Part shown: in pieces, positions 1 to 12,974 of the stretch
How positions within the stretch are numbered: position 1 is the stretch's first letter
Layout of the letters: every line of letters begins with the position of its first letter
Assembly: GCF_009834535.1 (NCBI RefSeq)
Contig: NC_045697.1
Span: forward strand, 80,478,001-80,542,000
Source of the DNA: Camelus ferus
Lineage: Eukaryota
Length of the DNA stretch: 64,000 nt
Direction of reading: 5' to 3'
Translations under genes and position numbers: made by a program
Notes under the pieces: model-generated
The model's input: the letters and a program-made list of their open reading frames with translations, nothing else
What the model was told of the DNA's origin: nothing
The model's database searches: none

Positions 1-124
1 GAATAATGTTTAATAAGGTCCCTTTCATTATGAAAAAGTCATCCATTTATAATTATATAGTGATTAGAGAAAAGATGAGAAAAAGTATGTGAAATTTCCA
101 CAATGATCTCTAGATAATAAGTAT

Positions 125-665
125 TGTAGTTAAGATCCTTTGTTGTTAAGTCACAAAAAACTCAGTTAAATGTGGTGAATATGTTGGCTCTTATAATCCA
201 CATGGAGTCCATGAGTACACAATGAGTACACAATGGATTCAGGAACAATTTGGTTTAGGACTCACAAAGTGTCTCCAGGTAGCAGTTTCTCCCATCCTTC
301 TGCTCTGCTAATCATTGTTTTGACTTCATTCTTTATCTCCATATGGGTGTATAATGGTTACAGAATTTCTACATTAGAAAAGAGGGAATGTCTTTGTCTT
401 AATATTCCCAGCATACGTCCTGAAATTCTCTCTGATTGGACCAATTTAGTGCATGTGCCCATCCCTGATCCAATACCTGCAGATTATGTTGCTTTGATTG
501 GTTTATGCTTGATTTATTTGTTTCATTCAAGGGTTGAATGGGGAAGGAAACCTACACACACCTATATGGATAGAAAGCCGAGAGGGGTGGGAGATAGAGG
601 ATGAGTCCCAAAGGAAAATTTGGGTTGTTGATACTATGGAGGAAAACAACCAATGTCCGTACCAT
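125..665 (-). mobile_element. Old MaLR LTR (MLT1J/K/L-like), degraded
   Basis: MLT1-type segments such as 'ctctgattggaccaatttagtgcatgtgcccatccctga' and 'gtcccaaaggaaaatttgggttgttg'; boundaries approximate. Confidence 0.65.
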
Positions 666-1014
666 GTTGTTTATAGAACATCTGTGTGTGTGCATGTGTA
701 TACACAGTACATGATGTATTTATATATAAATACTATATAATTTATGTGTTATATTCAGTAATATATATATATCATATATAAAATAATTAATGGCTACACT
801 TATATTTAAATATTATTACCTATACTTATATACATATGTATCATTAAATCTCTACATTATATACAACTATACACACATACAGACAAACAATATTTTACCT
901 AATTGGCATGTATCACTTTTAAAATAAGAAAAAGTAAACATTAAAAATGTTGTGGGTTTATGCCAGTTATAAAATTCTGGTTTTTGAAGTGACAAAGAAA
1001 AGTGAGTGAAGGGC

Positions 1015-1200
1015 TGCAAATGGCAAAATATCCTTCTTTCTTATGGGTGAATTGATTCCTATTACATATATGTGCTGGATCTTCTTTATCCATTCATTTA
1101 TTGATGTGCACTTAGGATGCTTCCATATTTTGGCAATTATAAATAATGTTACTGTTAATAGCAGGGTGTATGTATCTTTTTGAATTAATTCTTATTTTGT
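1015..1200 (-). mobile_element. L1 3' region fragment, antisense, inside a TSD-flanked insert
   Basis: 'atcttctttatccattcatttattgatgtgcacttaggatgcttccatattttggcaattataaataatg' matches the reverse complement of the L1 ORF2 end/3'UTR. Confidence 0.85.
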
Positions 1201-3094
1201 GGTTGGCTTTATTCCTTTGATAACTCTGTAAATTTAAAAAGCTAAAGCTCTAACTGTTCTTAGAAACAATGAACAGTACATATATGTAAATATAAAAAAT
1301 GTGCAGTATATTGTGTATATGTATTTACATGCAGTAGATTGTATATGCACAGTCAAATTGTAACAATTCTACCTAATAAAACTGAAAAATGAAAAAAAAT
1401 TGTTGTGGCATCAATCAGTATTTTATAATCTTGGCTAAGAATTTATAAATTATAAAAGAGTAGGAATAAACATGTATTTAGATAAAAACTTTGTCTTCAG
1501 GCCTTGACAAATACCAGAAAAGCACGAATTTCTAAAATGAGGTCAATTTTATTTTATGTACCTAAGTAAATGATATGTGAATCTAAACACTTAAATTTAA
1601 TAGTGGCTTAACAATGCTTCAAGCAGGCACACTGAGCATAATTTAGTGCTGTTTTGGAGCTGTTTTCTTGTTTTAATTTTCCCCAGGCTTTTAAGAATGG
1701 AAAATAACAAACTCTAAATGTCAATTATATTTTATAATATTAATTTGAGAGAAAGTATTTTCATTCATCATTTTAAAATCAATTCAATTAAAAGGAAGCA
1801 AATGGAAATTAAACCCACAGTTTCAAGTCATAGCATGGAGGATTTCTGAGGTAGGAAGAGAATCAAGACTGAATTTTGAACCATTCTCAAAAGGTAGTGA
1901 TATTCAATGGAAACAGTGGAGGAGGGAGCAGGAGGAATCCTGATGGCTTGAATTTTGTCCCCTCCTGCTAAGCCTGTGAAATATACCTCTCCCAATAAGA
2001 ATTCCTGTGTTTTCCTTCCCTATTCTCTTTCCTTCCCAAATTGCAAAGTTGTTTTGGGTAGATCGAACATAGGTGAAGTCTGAGTTAAAGGTGGTAAGGA
2101 GGATTATAGAGAAGGTGGGAAAGCGTAACACTTCACTTGATTTCTTTCTCCATCTCAAGCTTAAGCAGAGAAAACAAACACAAAAACAAAACAACCAAAA
2201 CAAAACCTTTCATAAGAGGAGATGATGAAACGATGCCTGTACTGCATGGCTAATGTGAACCATGGAAATGACAGCTGCTTTATAGGAGCAAAATAATTAC
2301 TTTTAAGTCTTTTTCTCTCCTTAATAAGTATGTATACTAATTTCGAGATTCTGAAAGATCTAGCCTATCTGATTCCGTGTCAAATAAAGAAGGGAAAAGA
2401 AAGGGGGGGCTTCAAGGTCAAAGGAGGTATGGCTGGCTTCCATATAAGAGTTCATACATTAAACAATTCCTTTTAAAACTACTCCTATTCAAAGGAACAA
2501 TTCACACATAATCATTTGATTAAGTGCTTCACATAACAAAAATTGGAATGGAATCAACTTCTTTGATATTTTCAGTGTTGTATTACTTCAAATATTCAAA
2601 CTGGCTGCAAAAATATTTAAATAAATGAATTAAAAAAAATCAAAAACCCTTGAGATAGTCTAAAAATGAGTTTTGGAGCAGAACCCCAGAATGATGGTCG
2701 GGAATAACCCGCATTGGCTGACCCTAGCTGCTTATGTAACACTTGGCTTATCTAAACCTGGAATAGTCTGTATTCAGACACCATGTGTGCCGTTCTTTCT
2801 GCCAGGATGCTGATGGCATAGCTGTCTCTCTTTGGGCTCTATGCTGGTGGTCTCCAGGTGGTTGAATGCTTCTATCTAGTTCAAATGTGCTTGTTTTATA
2901 ATGCCTAAGGAGGTTATTCAATGAAAGATTATGGAATACAACAAAATATCTAGTTGAGGAAAACTCAAATGACGTTACGATAAACTATATACTGGTGTTG
3001 CTGTTAGTGAACTTAAGCATACACAGATAGCTAATTACCTATTCTTGACTAACCTGTAATCTCTCCACATTAGTATCACTTATTTTTCATTCTT

Positions 3095-3295
3095 CTTACA
3101 TTCAACAAATATTCATTGAATGCCTGCTATGTGTCAGACACTGTTCTAGGTGCCTAGACAGTGATAAGTGGACCAGACACAGTTCAGCCCATCCTCATGG
3201 AACTGCAGCCTGAGCTGGAGAGAGGTATACACTAATCAAGTAGTTACAAACAAATCACAATTCTTCAAATACTACAAAGGAAAGGTATGGAGGTA
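3095..3295 (-). mobile_element. L2 3' end
   Basis: 'cattcaacaaatattcattgaatgcctgctatgtgtcagacactgttctagg' is the canonical L2 tail in reverse orientation. Confidence 0.8.
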
Positions 3296-4229
3296 GACTT
3301 TTCAGGTCACTGAATATGGATGGTTGTGGGTCCTCTTATGACTACAGCTAAGCAGTAAGTTTTCACCCTCTTGCTGGAAGATACTTCTTGTGCCCATTCC
3401 AACTTTCATCCACCACCACCTTTCCCAGACTCCAATCACATGTTGAAGACTTGGGCTTCTCCACCCCTACTTTCTAGTCTGAGTTGCCTCTCCACTTTCT
3501 CAATCAGGTCCCTCCCTTTCCACGGCTTCTGAATCATCTTGTTTCTAGGAGCAGAAAAATTCAGCCTTCAAGCCGACTTCCAAATCTTTCTGTCACACAC
3601 AGTGACTACTGGCTTCATTCTTTGGGTCTTTGGCTTTTTGGCTCATGGGGGCTATGGGTTAGGGAAAATACCCTCAGAGTACTATTTAGAAATAGAGGGA
3701 GAGAAAATACTCAGGATATACAAAAATAAATACCTTGAAGAATAGTCCTACCATATTCATAAAGCAGATAGGTAGACATCTGGTACAGAAGGAGGAACAG
3801 TGATTAGGTACAAGAAAGGGATGAAGTTCAAAGCATCCCGTCAGAGATGAGCCAGTCCATGGGACTGCAAGGTCAGGATGGTAGCAAGATGGATCCATTC
3901 TATATAACTACATAACTACATGAATATAGGAAGTTCTAATATGCCTTCTGGGTATCCTAGTGGTTTCCTGTGTCAGGAACAAATCCTATTAGACTTCCTT
4001 AGATAGAGCAAGAAGAGCAGGCGACTGAGAATATATAGCAGAGATAGAAGAATGAGGCGATTCAGCTGAAACACTTAGTGAAGATTTTTAAAGATCACAT
4101 GGTCCCAGATCTTGTCTAAGGCTTTTGAAATTATGACCTTTGATGCTGGATTAAAAGTAAGCTCCTATCTCACAACACTTTGGAAGAGAGAAGACATGAT
4201 AATTGTACTCAAATAATTAAAGGATTGTA

Positions 4230-4440
4230 ATAATATTCAGAAACACCAGGGCTACTGTTCAAGACTCCAGAGGACAAAGGTAGAATTTTATTCAATAGAC
4301 GTTTTCTGACAGTGGAAGCTGTCAAACTAGAATAGGTTACCATGTCAGGTACCTTGTGGCAAGATTCACGGGCTACATGGCCTTTCGTCAGTGATGACCA
4401 GAAATTCATGCATCAATCAGAGGCTTCAAATGAACTCTAA
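4230..4440 (+). mobile_element. L3/CR1 3' fragment
   Basis: 'ttttctgacagtggaagctgtcaaactagaataggttacc' resembles the CR1/L3 3' consensus. Confidence 0.45.
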
Positions 4441-4485
4441 TTTTCTTTCCTTCTCCACAACTTCTAGGTTGAACATTCCCAATCA

Positions 4486-4541
4486 AAAAACAAAACAAAC
4501 AAAAAACTAACAAACAAACAAAAAACCAAAACAACAAAAAC
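4486..4541. repeat. (CAAA/CAAAA)n simple repeat
   Basis: directly visible. Confidence 0.9.
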
Positions 4542-5194
4542 CCCCTTAGGAGGACAGTGGTTTTAAAATACTTTTATGTGAAATAAAATGTTTTTATAAG
4601 CATAACCAAGAAATATTTAAGAAGAAATAACACAATTGAAAATTGCATAGTTTCATTTCAAGTTTTATATTGCTATGATGGATTTTTCTGGCTTTACATT
4701 GCACATGGTATGCCTTAGGAAAGGAGTTGGGAGTTGAATTAGAAAATAGATTATTTGTTTTTAGCATTTAATGTTTCAAATGATGTTTTGTTGAAATTTG
4801 CAGAAGTTCAGTTCTCAACTCCATTATAAGCCAAAAATTCAATTTACCATTTTACACAACATAGACATCATGTTTTTTTTGGCATGAAACATGATTATTG
4901 TAGGTAATGCAGAAAAACTTGGAAATGATTGCCTCTCATCTCTCCAATGTTGGCTGTTAAGAGATCCAGCAAATACTCTTTAATTAAGATAGACTCTCCT
5001 AAACAAATGCCTTTCTGCCTGAGTTATAGCTTCTGGAAGGTGAATAATTGAACATAGCTACTGATGACTAATGTATATCACTATATATACCAGGCATATC
5101 ATAAAAATGTCAAATGAAGTTTTACCAACTGTTCATTTCTATGATTTATATGATATATTTTTAAAGATATGCTTCATGTCTGAGTTCCTTGTTC

Positions 5195-6690
5195 ATATTC
5201 ATTCAAGCAGTAGTTGATCTCCTACTATGTGCAAAGCACTGTGTCAGTTACTCTGGGAAATACAAAGATGTATAAAGTAAGGCATTTTCCTCCCTAGTGG
5301 TTGCAGTATTAGAGCAGGAAATAAGACAATCATGCAGAACTAGAATTTATGGTAGTATCAGATGAGCACATTAATAGTGGTATAAACCAAATATTCAGGC
5401 AGTCAGAAGAGGATCAGGCCTCTTCTGACTGGGGAGACCCAATTGGGCTTCATGGAGGTGGTAACATTTGACTGAAGCTCTCAATGATGAGTAGGACTTC
5501 ATAAGTAGAGATGGGTATTAGATTTTTATGGAATGACATGAAAAAAGGCAGAGGAGAGAAATGTTCAAGAAACATTTATTAGTTCAGCTTAGTTGCATTT
5601 TTCACAAAGGAGTAGTATAAAATACGTCTAGGAGTAGATCTAGCATATGCTTGCAGCTTCAGACAAGGTGTTTAGACTTGTGTTTAGAAGAACAGGATGA
5701 CTGAAATAGTGCTTTAAGAGGCTCAGTCTGGGAACAGTGTTCAGGGGGAGAGAAGTGAGGCAGAGTGAACTTTTAGGAAGCTACTGTAAGAGTACGAACA
5801 TGAGGAAAATGGCAGCAGGAATGGAATGGAAGCTCTGGGTAGGAAAGATAGTGGGAAGAATGAATCTACAGAATTTAGTGTATGGGGTTGGGAGCAATGG
5901 AAGGAAGTTGGAGACATTTAGAATAATTCTCAGGCTTTAAGTGTGGGCTGTTAACAAAACATTAATAAATTAATAGAAATAGTGAAGAGAGGACAAAATG
6001 TTGGCTTTGGGTTTTTGAATTTAGATGTCTTGATTTTGAGATGCTGATAGTGTATCCATAAGAACAAATTTAAAGCATAGAAATAAGGCGACCAGGCTCT
6101 GAAATAAAACACACCAGGGCTTGACTGCTTTCCCTACCTAACCATAAATTGGGTAAGTTACTTTATCTCCCTGAGCTTCAGGTTTCTCGTCTGTAAAGTG
6201 GGGATAACTTTTGCACCTATTCATAGGTTTGTATGTGGGTAAAATAATTTATGTAAAAATCTTTCCATGGTGCTTGATAGAGTGTGGCTCAACAATGGCT
6301 AGTTATTTTTGCTCATAATCTTGTTGTTAGTTGGCAGGAGGAAATGTGTATCTAGAAATTGTGAGAGAAGCAAGCACTACAAGTATCATTTTATGTCGTC
6401 TGTGAAGCATGGCTGGTTGGTGCCATTTTAATGGATGAAAACAGATCATCAACCCTTAGGAAAGTAACCACAGTTAAGAGATGGGAAAGAAGAGGATTCA
6501 TTAAAAGTATCAGAGAAAAAGTAACAGGAGATATCAAAGAGAAAACTCTCAAAAAGTCGTGGAATCCTAAACAGGTACATTTCAAAAAGAACTGGTAAGC
6601 AGAGTCTGATTTTGCTAAAATCTTAAGAAGATGTGGGTGGATAGAAGGCTATTGAATTATTTAGGTCATCAGTACCCAATTCAAAGGCAT
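5195..6690 (-). mobile_element. L2 element, interrupted by a MIR
   Basis: L2 tail 'cattcaagcagtagttgatctcctactatgtgcaaagcactgtg' followed by purine-rich L2 body motifs. Confidence 0.75.
6070..6310 (+). mobile_element. MIR SINE
   Basis: MIR core 'gggtaagttactttatctccctgagcttcaggtttctcgtctgtaaagtggggataa'. Confidence 0.85.
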
Positions 6691-7740
6691 TTATCAGAGG
6701 AGTATGTTTTTGGATTTTGGCCTTTGGCAAGACTGCCTACAAACTGTATTTAATTGGTGCCCTCACATTCCATAGCATTGATTATGCCTGTCTTTCACCA
6801 ACTTGTACCTAGAAGTCTTAAACATCTTAGTTAAGCCATATTGAGACTTTCTAAAGCCATCTACAAACCTTCCAATGCTATCAGAAACTCTTCAACAGTA
6901 ACCTTCATTCCTTTGTTTGTTTAAAATTAATGTAATACTCATACTTTGAAGTGGATTGCCACTTTCTACTTTTAATGCATTTTTGCTTAGACTAGTTAAT
7001 TTTATCCTTACAACTACCTAATCAGTTAGGTTGGGCAAGTGTCATATTTCCCCATTTCATATGTAAGGAATCTAAACTTTCAAATGTTGAAAAGTGAATA
7101 ATAAAGAGTTGGGGCATGAATATAATACTTAGTCAAGAATTTGCACCGAAACATACATTGGTGCATTCCTTCTTAATTAGCCCTCTTTCCTTCTTGGAAA
7201 TCTTTCCTGGTGTTCTCATTTAACAACATCCTTTCTTCCTTCTAACATTATTCTTTTACTTTTCATTCCTCCTCTTATTTTTTATGAATACCTTCCATTG
7301 ATAGCTCATGTTACTAATCATTTCAGGCCAGAGACGTGAGTCCGGGCTATATTTTTTATTTTACGTGAAGGAGGAATGATGAACTCTCTATACAAACCTG
7401 ATTTGGCTCTGATAAAGAAAAGACAGAAAGATAAAGGTGGGGAAAAAAAACCCAACTTCATGATTAGGGGTTTAGCAAAAGCACTAGATAGTCTTGGTTG
7501 TCATGGAGACCACCACAGCCACTGCTTTCTTTATATGCAGATAATGTGCAGGAAGGGTAGACAGGAAGATTAGCTACAGATACAGTTCTTGAATACTGAA
7601 ATGGTAGCAATAAAAAAAGCTACTGGCCTCAGGAAGTAGAGAGAACTAACACAGGTCACAGCAGGAGGAAAGTCAGAACCACACACTGAGGTAAAGGCTT
7701 TGGCTGGGAAGCCTAGACAGGCAATGTCTATAAAAGAGCT

Positions 7741-8169
7741 TGTATGGTAGCCATTAGTGCTACTTCCCAAGTATTTCTTGCTCTCTTTCTCCAAAGTACA
7801 TGATAAGACTAACACTTCTGGCACCTTTGTGTGTGGGAGGAGCCACATGACTAGTTCTGGCCAATAAGCTCTGAGCAGAAGTAATGTGTCATTTCCAGGC
7901 CTAACATTTAACTGCTGGTACCAGACCCTCCACAGCTCTATTTGCCTTCTAGCTAGTGATTGGCAACCTCTACTGGCTTGACTTCCAGAGTAACTACGAT
8001 GAGGTGAGCATCTCTGTTTACCCAAAGTGGGCATGCAGTGTGAGGAAGTTATGAGCCTTTGTTATTTAAAACCACTACAATTATTTTTAAATTATTTTAA
8101 TTTTGATTAATTAACTTACGCATTTATTTATTTAACTGCAGTGTTACCTAGCCTGTCCTAACTAATACA
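7741..8169 (+). mobile_element. MaLR LTR (MLT1I/J-like)
   Basis: 'gccacatgactagttctggccaataag...agaagtaatgtgtcatttccaggcc'; ends 'cctagcctgtcctaactaataca'. Confidence 0.75.
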
Positions 8170-8220
8170 GCTCATGAATGGTAAGGGTAATATTGGCAGG
8201 CTATATGTGAGAAGACTTTC

Positions 8221-8755
8221 CAGTTATTTATTGTGGTATAATAAACCACTCCCAAAACTTAGTGGCATAAAATAATAAGTATTTTATTAAGCCCATGGAT
8301 TCTGTGGGGTAGGAATTCGAAAGGCAAAGTGGGGTTGGCTTTTTCTGCCCCACAATGGCTGGGATGACTAGGATGGCTGGGGGTTGGAATCATCCAGTGG
8401 CTTCTGCACTCACCTGCCTGGCACTTGGGCAGGATGGCTGAAGGACTGGTTAGGCAGGGTCTGTCCGTAAGAGCATCTACATGTGACCTCTTCATGTGGC
8501 TTGGGCTTTTCATAGCATGGCAGCCAGAATTTGAGAGGAAGCATCCTGAGAATGAGCATCATCCCAGAAGGCCTGTGGGGAAGCTTTGTGGCCTTTTATT
8601 ACACATGGTGTCAGACCTGTGCACTCTGTTAGCTATGAGAGAGTCAGAGGAACAACCATGAATCCAGTGGCAGGGGGTGGGAAGGAGGTATGGAATTAGA
8701 CTTTGCTTCTCCAAGAGAAGAGTAGCTAAGGATTTGTTGTCATTTGTAACATCAT
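8221..8755 (-). mobile_element. MaLR LTR (MLT1F/G/H-like)
   Basis: 'aataaaccactcccaaaacttagtggcataaaa...cccatggattctgtggggtaggaattc'. Confidence 0.8.
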
Positions 8756-9064
8756 CACGGGAGGGTAAAGAAAAGCTTTCATTATCATGGAAGGGAACAG
8801 ATGTGCAATGTGGTCAAATCACAGTCCATTTTGTAAGAACAAGATCTTACCTCTGTACAGTGTTCTGCAGCGTGTAATACACTTTCACATACCTTGCCTC
8901 ATGTGAACCTCCCAACAATCCCATGCTGTAATGCAGGACTGTTATTTTTATCCCTGGAGTATAAGAAATTCTGAGAGAGATCTGAAGTAACTTAATACTA
9001 TACCACTTAATGGATAGCTATTTAAATCTATCTTCTAATATTTCAAACTATACGCTACACCTTA

Positions 9065-9410
9065 TTCTGAATTAAACAAATATTGAATGCTTACTAGATA
9101 TGCACTCTCTTTGGTGCTGTGAACATGCAAAGACAAGTAAACTATCTTTGTAAGCTAGTGGAGAGGACAAACTGGACACAGAAAATAAGACAAAAAGGGT
9201 GACAGTACGAGTCCAACGACAAGGACTATAGAGGACGGGGCACTCAGTTCAGACTGTGAGGGAGTAGTATTTAAAGTGAGCCTTGAAGAATGAGAAATAT
9301 TGAGATTGGTAGAAAGGGGTGGCCAAACCTCTCCAGCATGAGCAAAGGCACAAAGCCTCAGTATACACGTTCAGGGCTCCAGAAGAAGAAAGTGGGGCTG
9401 GAGTATAAAG
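9065..9410 (-). mobile_element. L2 fragment
   Basis: 'aacaaatattgaatgcttactag...ttaaagtgagccttgaagaatgag...catgagcaaaggcaca'. Confidence 0.65.
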
Positions 9411-9411
9411 C

Positions 9412-9440
9412 AAAAAAAAAAAAAAAAAAAAAGAAAGAAA
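9412..9440. repeat. poly(A)/GAAA tract
   Basis: directly visible. Confidence 0.9.
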
Positions 9441-12400
9441 TGAGGGAATCTAACATTGCACATTAGTCAGTTCTCCTTAAATTGTCTCAAGCCTACCTAT
9501 GATATCTTTATTTTGAGAGTTGTGCAACAGAAAATATGATATATTTCTCATTATACATCACTTTCCATCTCTGGAGCTTAACTCATCATCATTAACCTCT
9601 CCATGGCCTCCTAAAGTTCTTCAGAGTCATCTCTCAGTGGAAGGCTTCACTCTCACTGACTGCTACTCTCTTTGGTTACCAACTGTTTGTCCTGCTGACA
9701 CAGTCCTTATTAGTCCTTTACCTCTTCATATAGACTACAGCAGAAGTTAATAATAATGTAGGTGGTCTTAAATTTTTCCATAAACCCTTCTTGAAGGAAT
9801 AAGAGGTAATTATTACTAGAACAGATAGAGAATTATTAGCTGATATTATCGAATCACTCCTACTATGATCTAACTCTAAAATAACATTTAAAAAAATGAA
9901 GCAAATTGTTTCTAGGCTGGTTTCCACAAGGATATTTTTCTGTTCAATTCTTAACACCCTTCTCTAGGCTACTCCCTCTTGCCTCACCCTTAGCTTCTGC
10001 TCTCCTCTCCCCTCTCTCAAATTACTCAAAATCCATTACCTACTTGTCTATTTCCTGTCTTCTACCGTTAAATGCTCTTCTGGTTACAACAACAGGCATT
10101 AAAAGCTTTGCACTTACAGAAAAATATTATCTCACCAGGATTTTGCTGTGGTACTTTTCATGACCACTAGGAGACAGTGAGCATGAAATGATTAAATAGA
10201 AATGACTTTGAACTACTGTTGCTAAGAGTATCCAATGTATTTCATTTAAAGTATAATGGCACTGAGCCTATGGATCTGATTGCATTTTATGCTCCAAACA
10301 GGAAATTACTTTCTCACCTGAAGGCTTTGTTTAAACCCTTGTGAAGTTCCCATAGCAGGAAAAAGAATATTGGTCCTGCAGAGAGAATGTAACAATTAAA
10401 GCAGAAGACACTGATCTTTGTCCAAAGAACAAGTGCTCACATCACATGGCCGGCATGTTAGAGCATATGTGACAAGCAAAAATCCTTCTGCAGAAATCAA
10501 CTGATTACGAGAAAATCAACAGATACAGTATCTAACAATAATAGCAGCTAAATAAATATCTGTTAAGAGAAACAGCAATACTAGAAGGTATTTTGGGCAA
10601 GTACATAAGCATAATTAAAATTTATTAATAAGAGCCTGAAGGAACAAAAAAAAAAATCAGGTACTCTGGACCCAACTTAGTAGGACAGTGAACTGCAGGT
10701 GACTCATAGAAATAGAATTCAGCCTAGCAGCAAAAGTTTTTAAAAAAATCATCAAATCCTTTAGGAGAATGTACTAATATATCCTGTATGTAGAAGTATA
10801 TATAAGGTTGCGTATTAAACTTGGTGTATTTCTCATTACAGAGTAGGGGTTTAGCTAATTTAAATAAACATTTTGGTCACTTTCATTAAGTTCACAACGA
10901 AAAACTCATTGTTTAACATGGATTCCTAAATGCAATGACTCATATTTGGCTATTGGAATTAAGATTCTGGTGCTTTGACTGGCAAAACCAGGAGAGAGGT
11001 AGCTAACAGAATTAGGTCTTTATGTTGAATTTCATTCTGTTAAATTAGGGAATAATTTGAGGTTTAGAGAGCTCAGGCAGCTTGACCAATGTTACCCACA
11101 CATGTAGAGGAAGAACCAGTCTCCAGGCATAAGATTGCCTGGTTCTAATGTACAGGCTGTTTCCATTATTCACTGCTGTTTCAAGTCTTACGAAGTACCT
11201 CATACCTTAACCTTGAGCCTATTCAGTGTATAAGGCATTATTCACCATAATTTTCCTAGTAGATGGAAGCAGAATTCTTGTATTTGCTGACTAATTATTT
11301 TTGTTCTGGACATTGGCCTCTTTTGATCTTTAGTTTTATTGTAAATACCACACTATGTTTTAAAAAATGTATACACTTATGATGAGAGGCATTTACAAAT
11401 GCTCAAAATACAACTCTTCACTTTAATATCTAAGGAGAAATATGCAACTCTTATCTATCAGCATTCTTAGAACTTTACTGTCTGGCTAAGTTTAAAGTCT
11501 TTTGCTGAATGTCTGACTGAGAATGACATTCAGCAGAAGTATTAAAGATGGTGATAAATGTAATAAATTCTACCTCTGAAAGGTCATTTTGGTTCAAAGG
11601 AGAGCATCTTAGCTTATGATTACATAATTATCCCAAAATGTATCTGCAAGAATGAATAGGCAACTACTGCTCCGTTTTAAGAGTTATGACTTTGGCAAAA
11701 TGCATAACTTTCAGGGACTCTCAGGATCTAAAAGAAAATTATTCTTTAGAACTGAGGGCATTAATAATGTCTAGTTGGAAAGATATTTTCAACAGTTAGC
11801 ACTTTTAGAATAGGCATTAGCTTAAATGTTTTTAAACTATTCACATAAAAGAAAATATATGTCAAATGCTCAAAGCAATGGTTTTTCTTTAACAGAGGCT
11901 TGCATTAGGGAAATGATACAGACTAAAAGACGGTACGCAAAAATAAACTAACCAATTGCCTTAGGGTCTATAGCCTCTCTTCCATCCTTGGCAGCACCTA
12001 ATTTTATGCAGCTATCTTTAATATTAAGTCAACTACTCACTCTTTTCCACAAATGTGCAAGAAAGCCATATGGTAAATAGTTTTTAAGGCATTTTTGAAC
12101 TCTTGGGCCAAATTCTTGACAGACTACTCTTGTAATAGTCCCAAGAGCACCAAAGTGTGTCTGCTGTTCTCCAGGGCAATCGGCTTATTAGCAGCAGGGC
12201 TGACATGACCAATTTAAGACAATTTTAAGCCAGCCCTGACTGAAATGGGCACAACTGGATTACCTTACTGAATTTTACACAGCTAATTCAAAATACAGTT
12301 TAATGACTTAAGGACAAAACATCCCATCTTGTTAAGCATTGCAGTTGGGCACCATTGACTTAGGAATAGTACCATTCAAGGGCAGTCAAATGTGTGTATG

Positions 12401-12974
12401 TATATCAAGGGAAAGCATTAAGACACTATGATAAAGATCAACAAGTTGTTTTTAAGTCTACATATGTTGCAGACATGTGTTTATATCACTAAATATATTT
12501 TGGTTAAAGGTTTTTATATTCATTGAAATATACATAGTAAAAATATAATTCATATACCTATATGTAACTTTAATTAAAAGTGTTGATAAATAGCATCACA
12601 TTGTATTATAATTTGGACCAGAAGGAACACTGGTCCTCTGTGCTATAGAATAATGGGAAGAGGGAAGAAGCTGGGGCCAGGGCTGAGGAAATTAACCTGG
12701 CTTTATGGCTGGGCTCCCGGCAAAGGGATGGCCAGCATCCAATATATAGTGTCCAAAGTGTGATGAAGGCAGCTTGAGATTCTTGCCTGATAGAACAAGG
12801 CAGGAAGGGTTTGGAAGAAGAGCAGTAGTCAGTATAGGGTAGATGGCTGCATCATGGTTCCAGATGGTCTCTCCCTAAGCCAGGATTATAGCGAGCAAGA
12901 TGCCGCCAGGACTCCCAGGTTCTAGTCTCAGCAGGAGATAGTGCTGTTAAAGGCCAGAAAATCGTAGTTGCTAT

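Noticed and set aside
211..234. 12-bp tandem duplication atgagtacaca(a)
   Set aside because: Ordinary slippage within an old LTR.
2412..2450. TCAAGGTCA nuclear-receptor site and near-CArG box
   Set aside because: Short motifs expected by chance; the same 9-mer also occurs inside an L1 relic near 20567.
12195..12238. Mini hAT-Tip100-like element (cagggctg...cagccctg inverted ends)
   Set aside because: Only 8 bp of perfect inverted repeat, 44 bp total, and no matching 8-bp TSD; could be chance.
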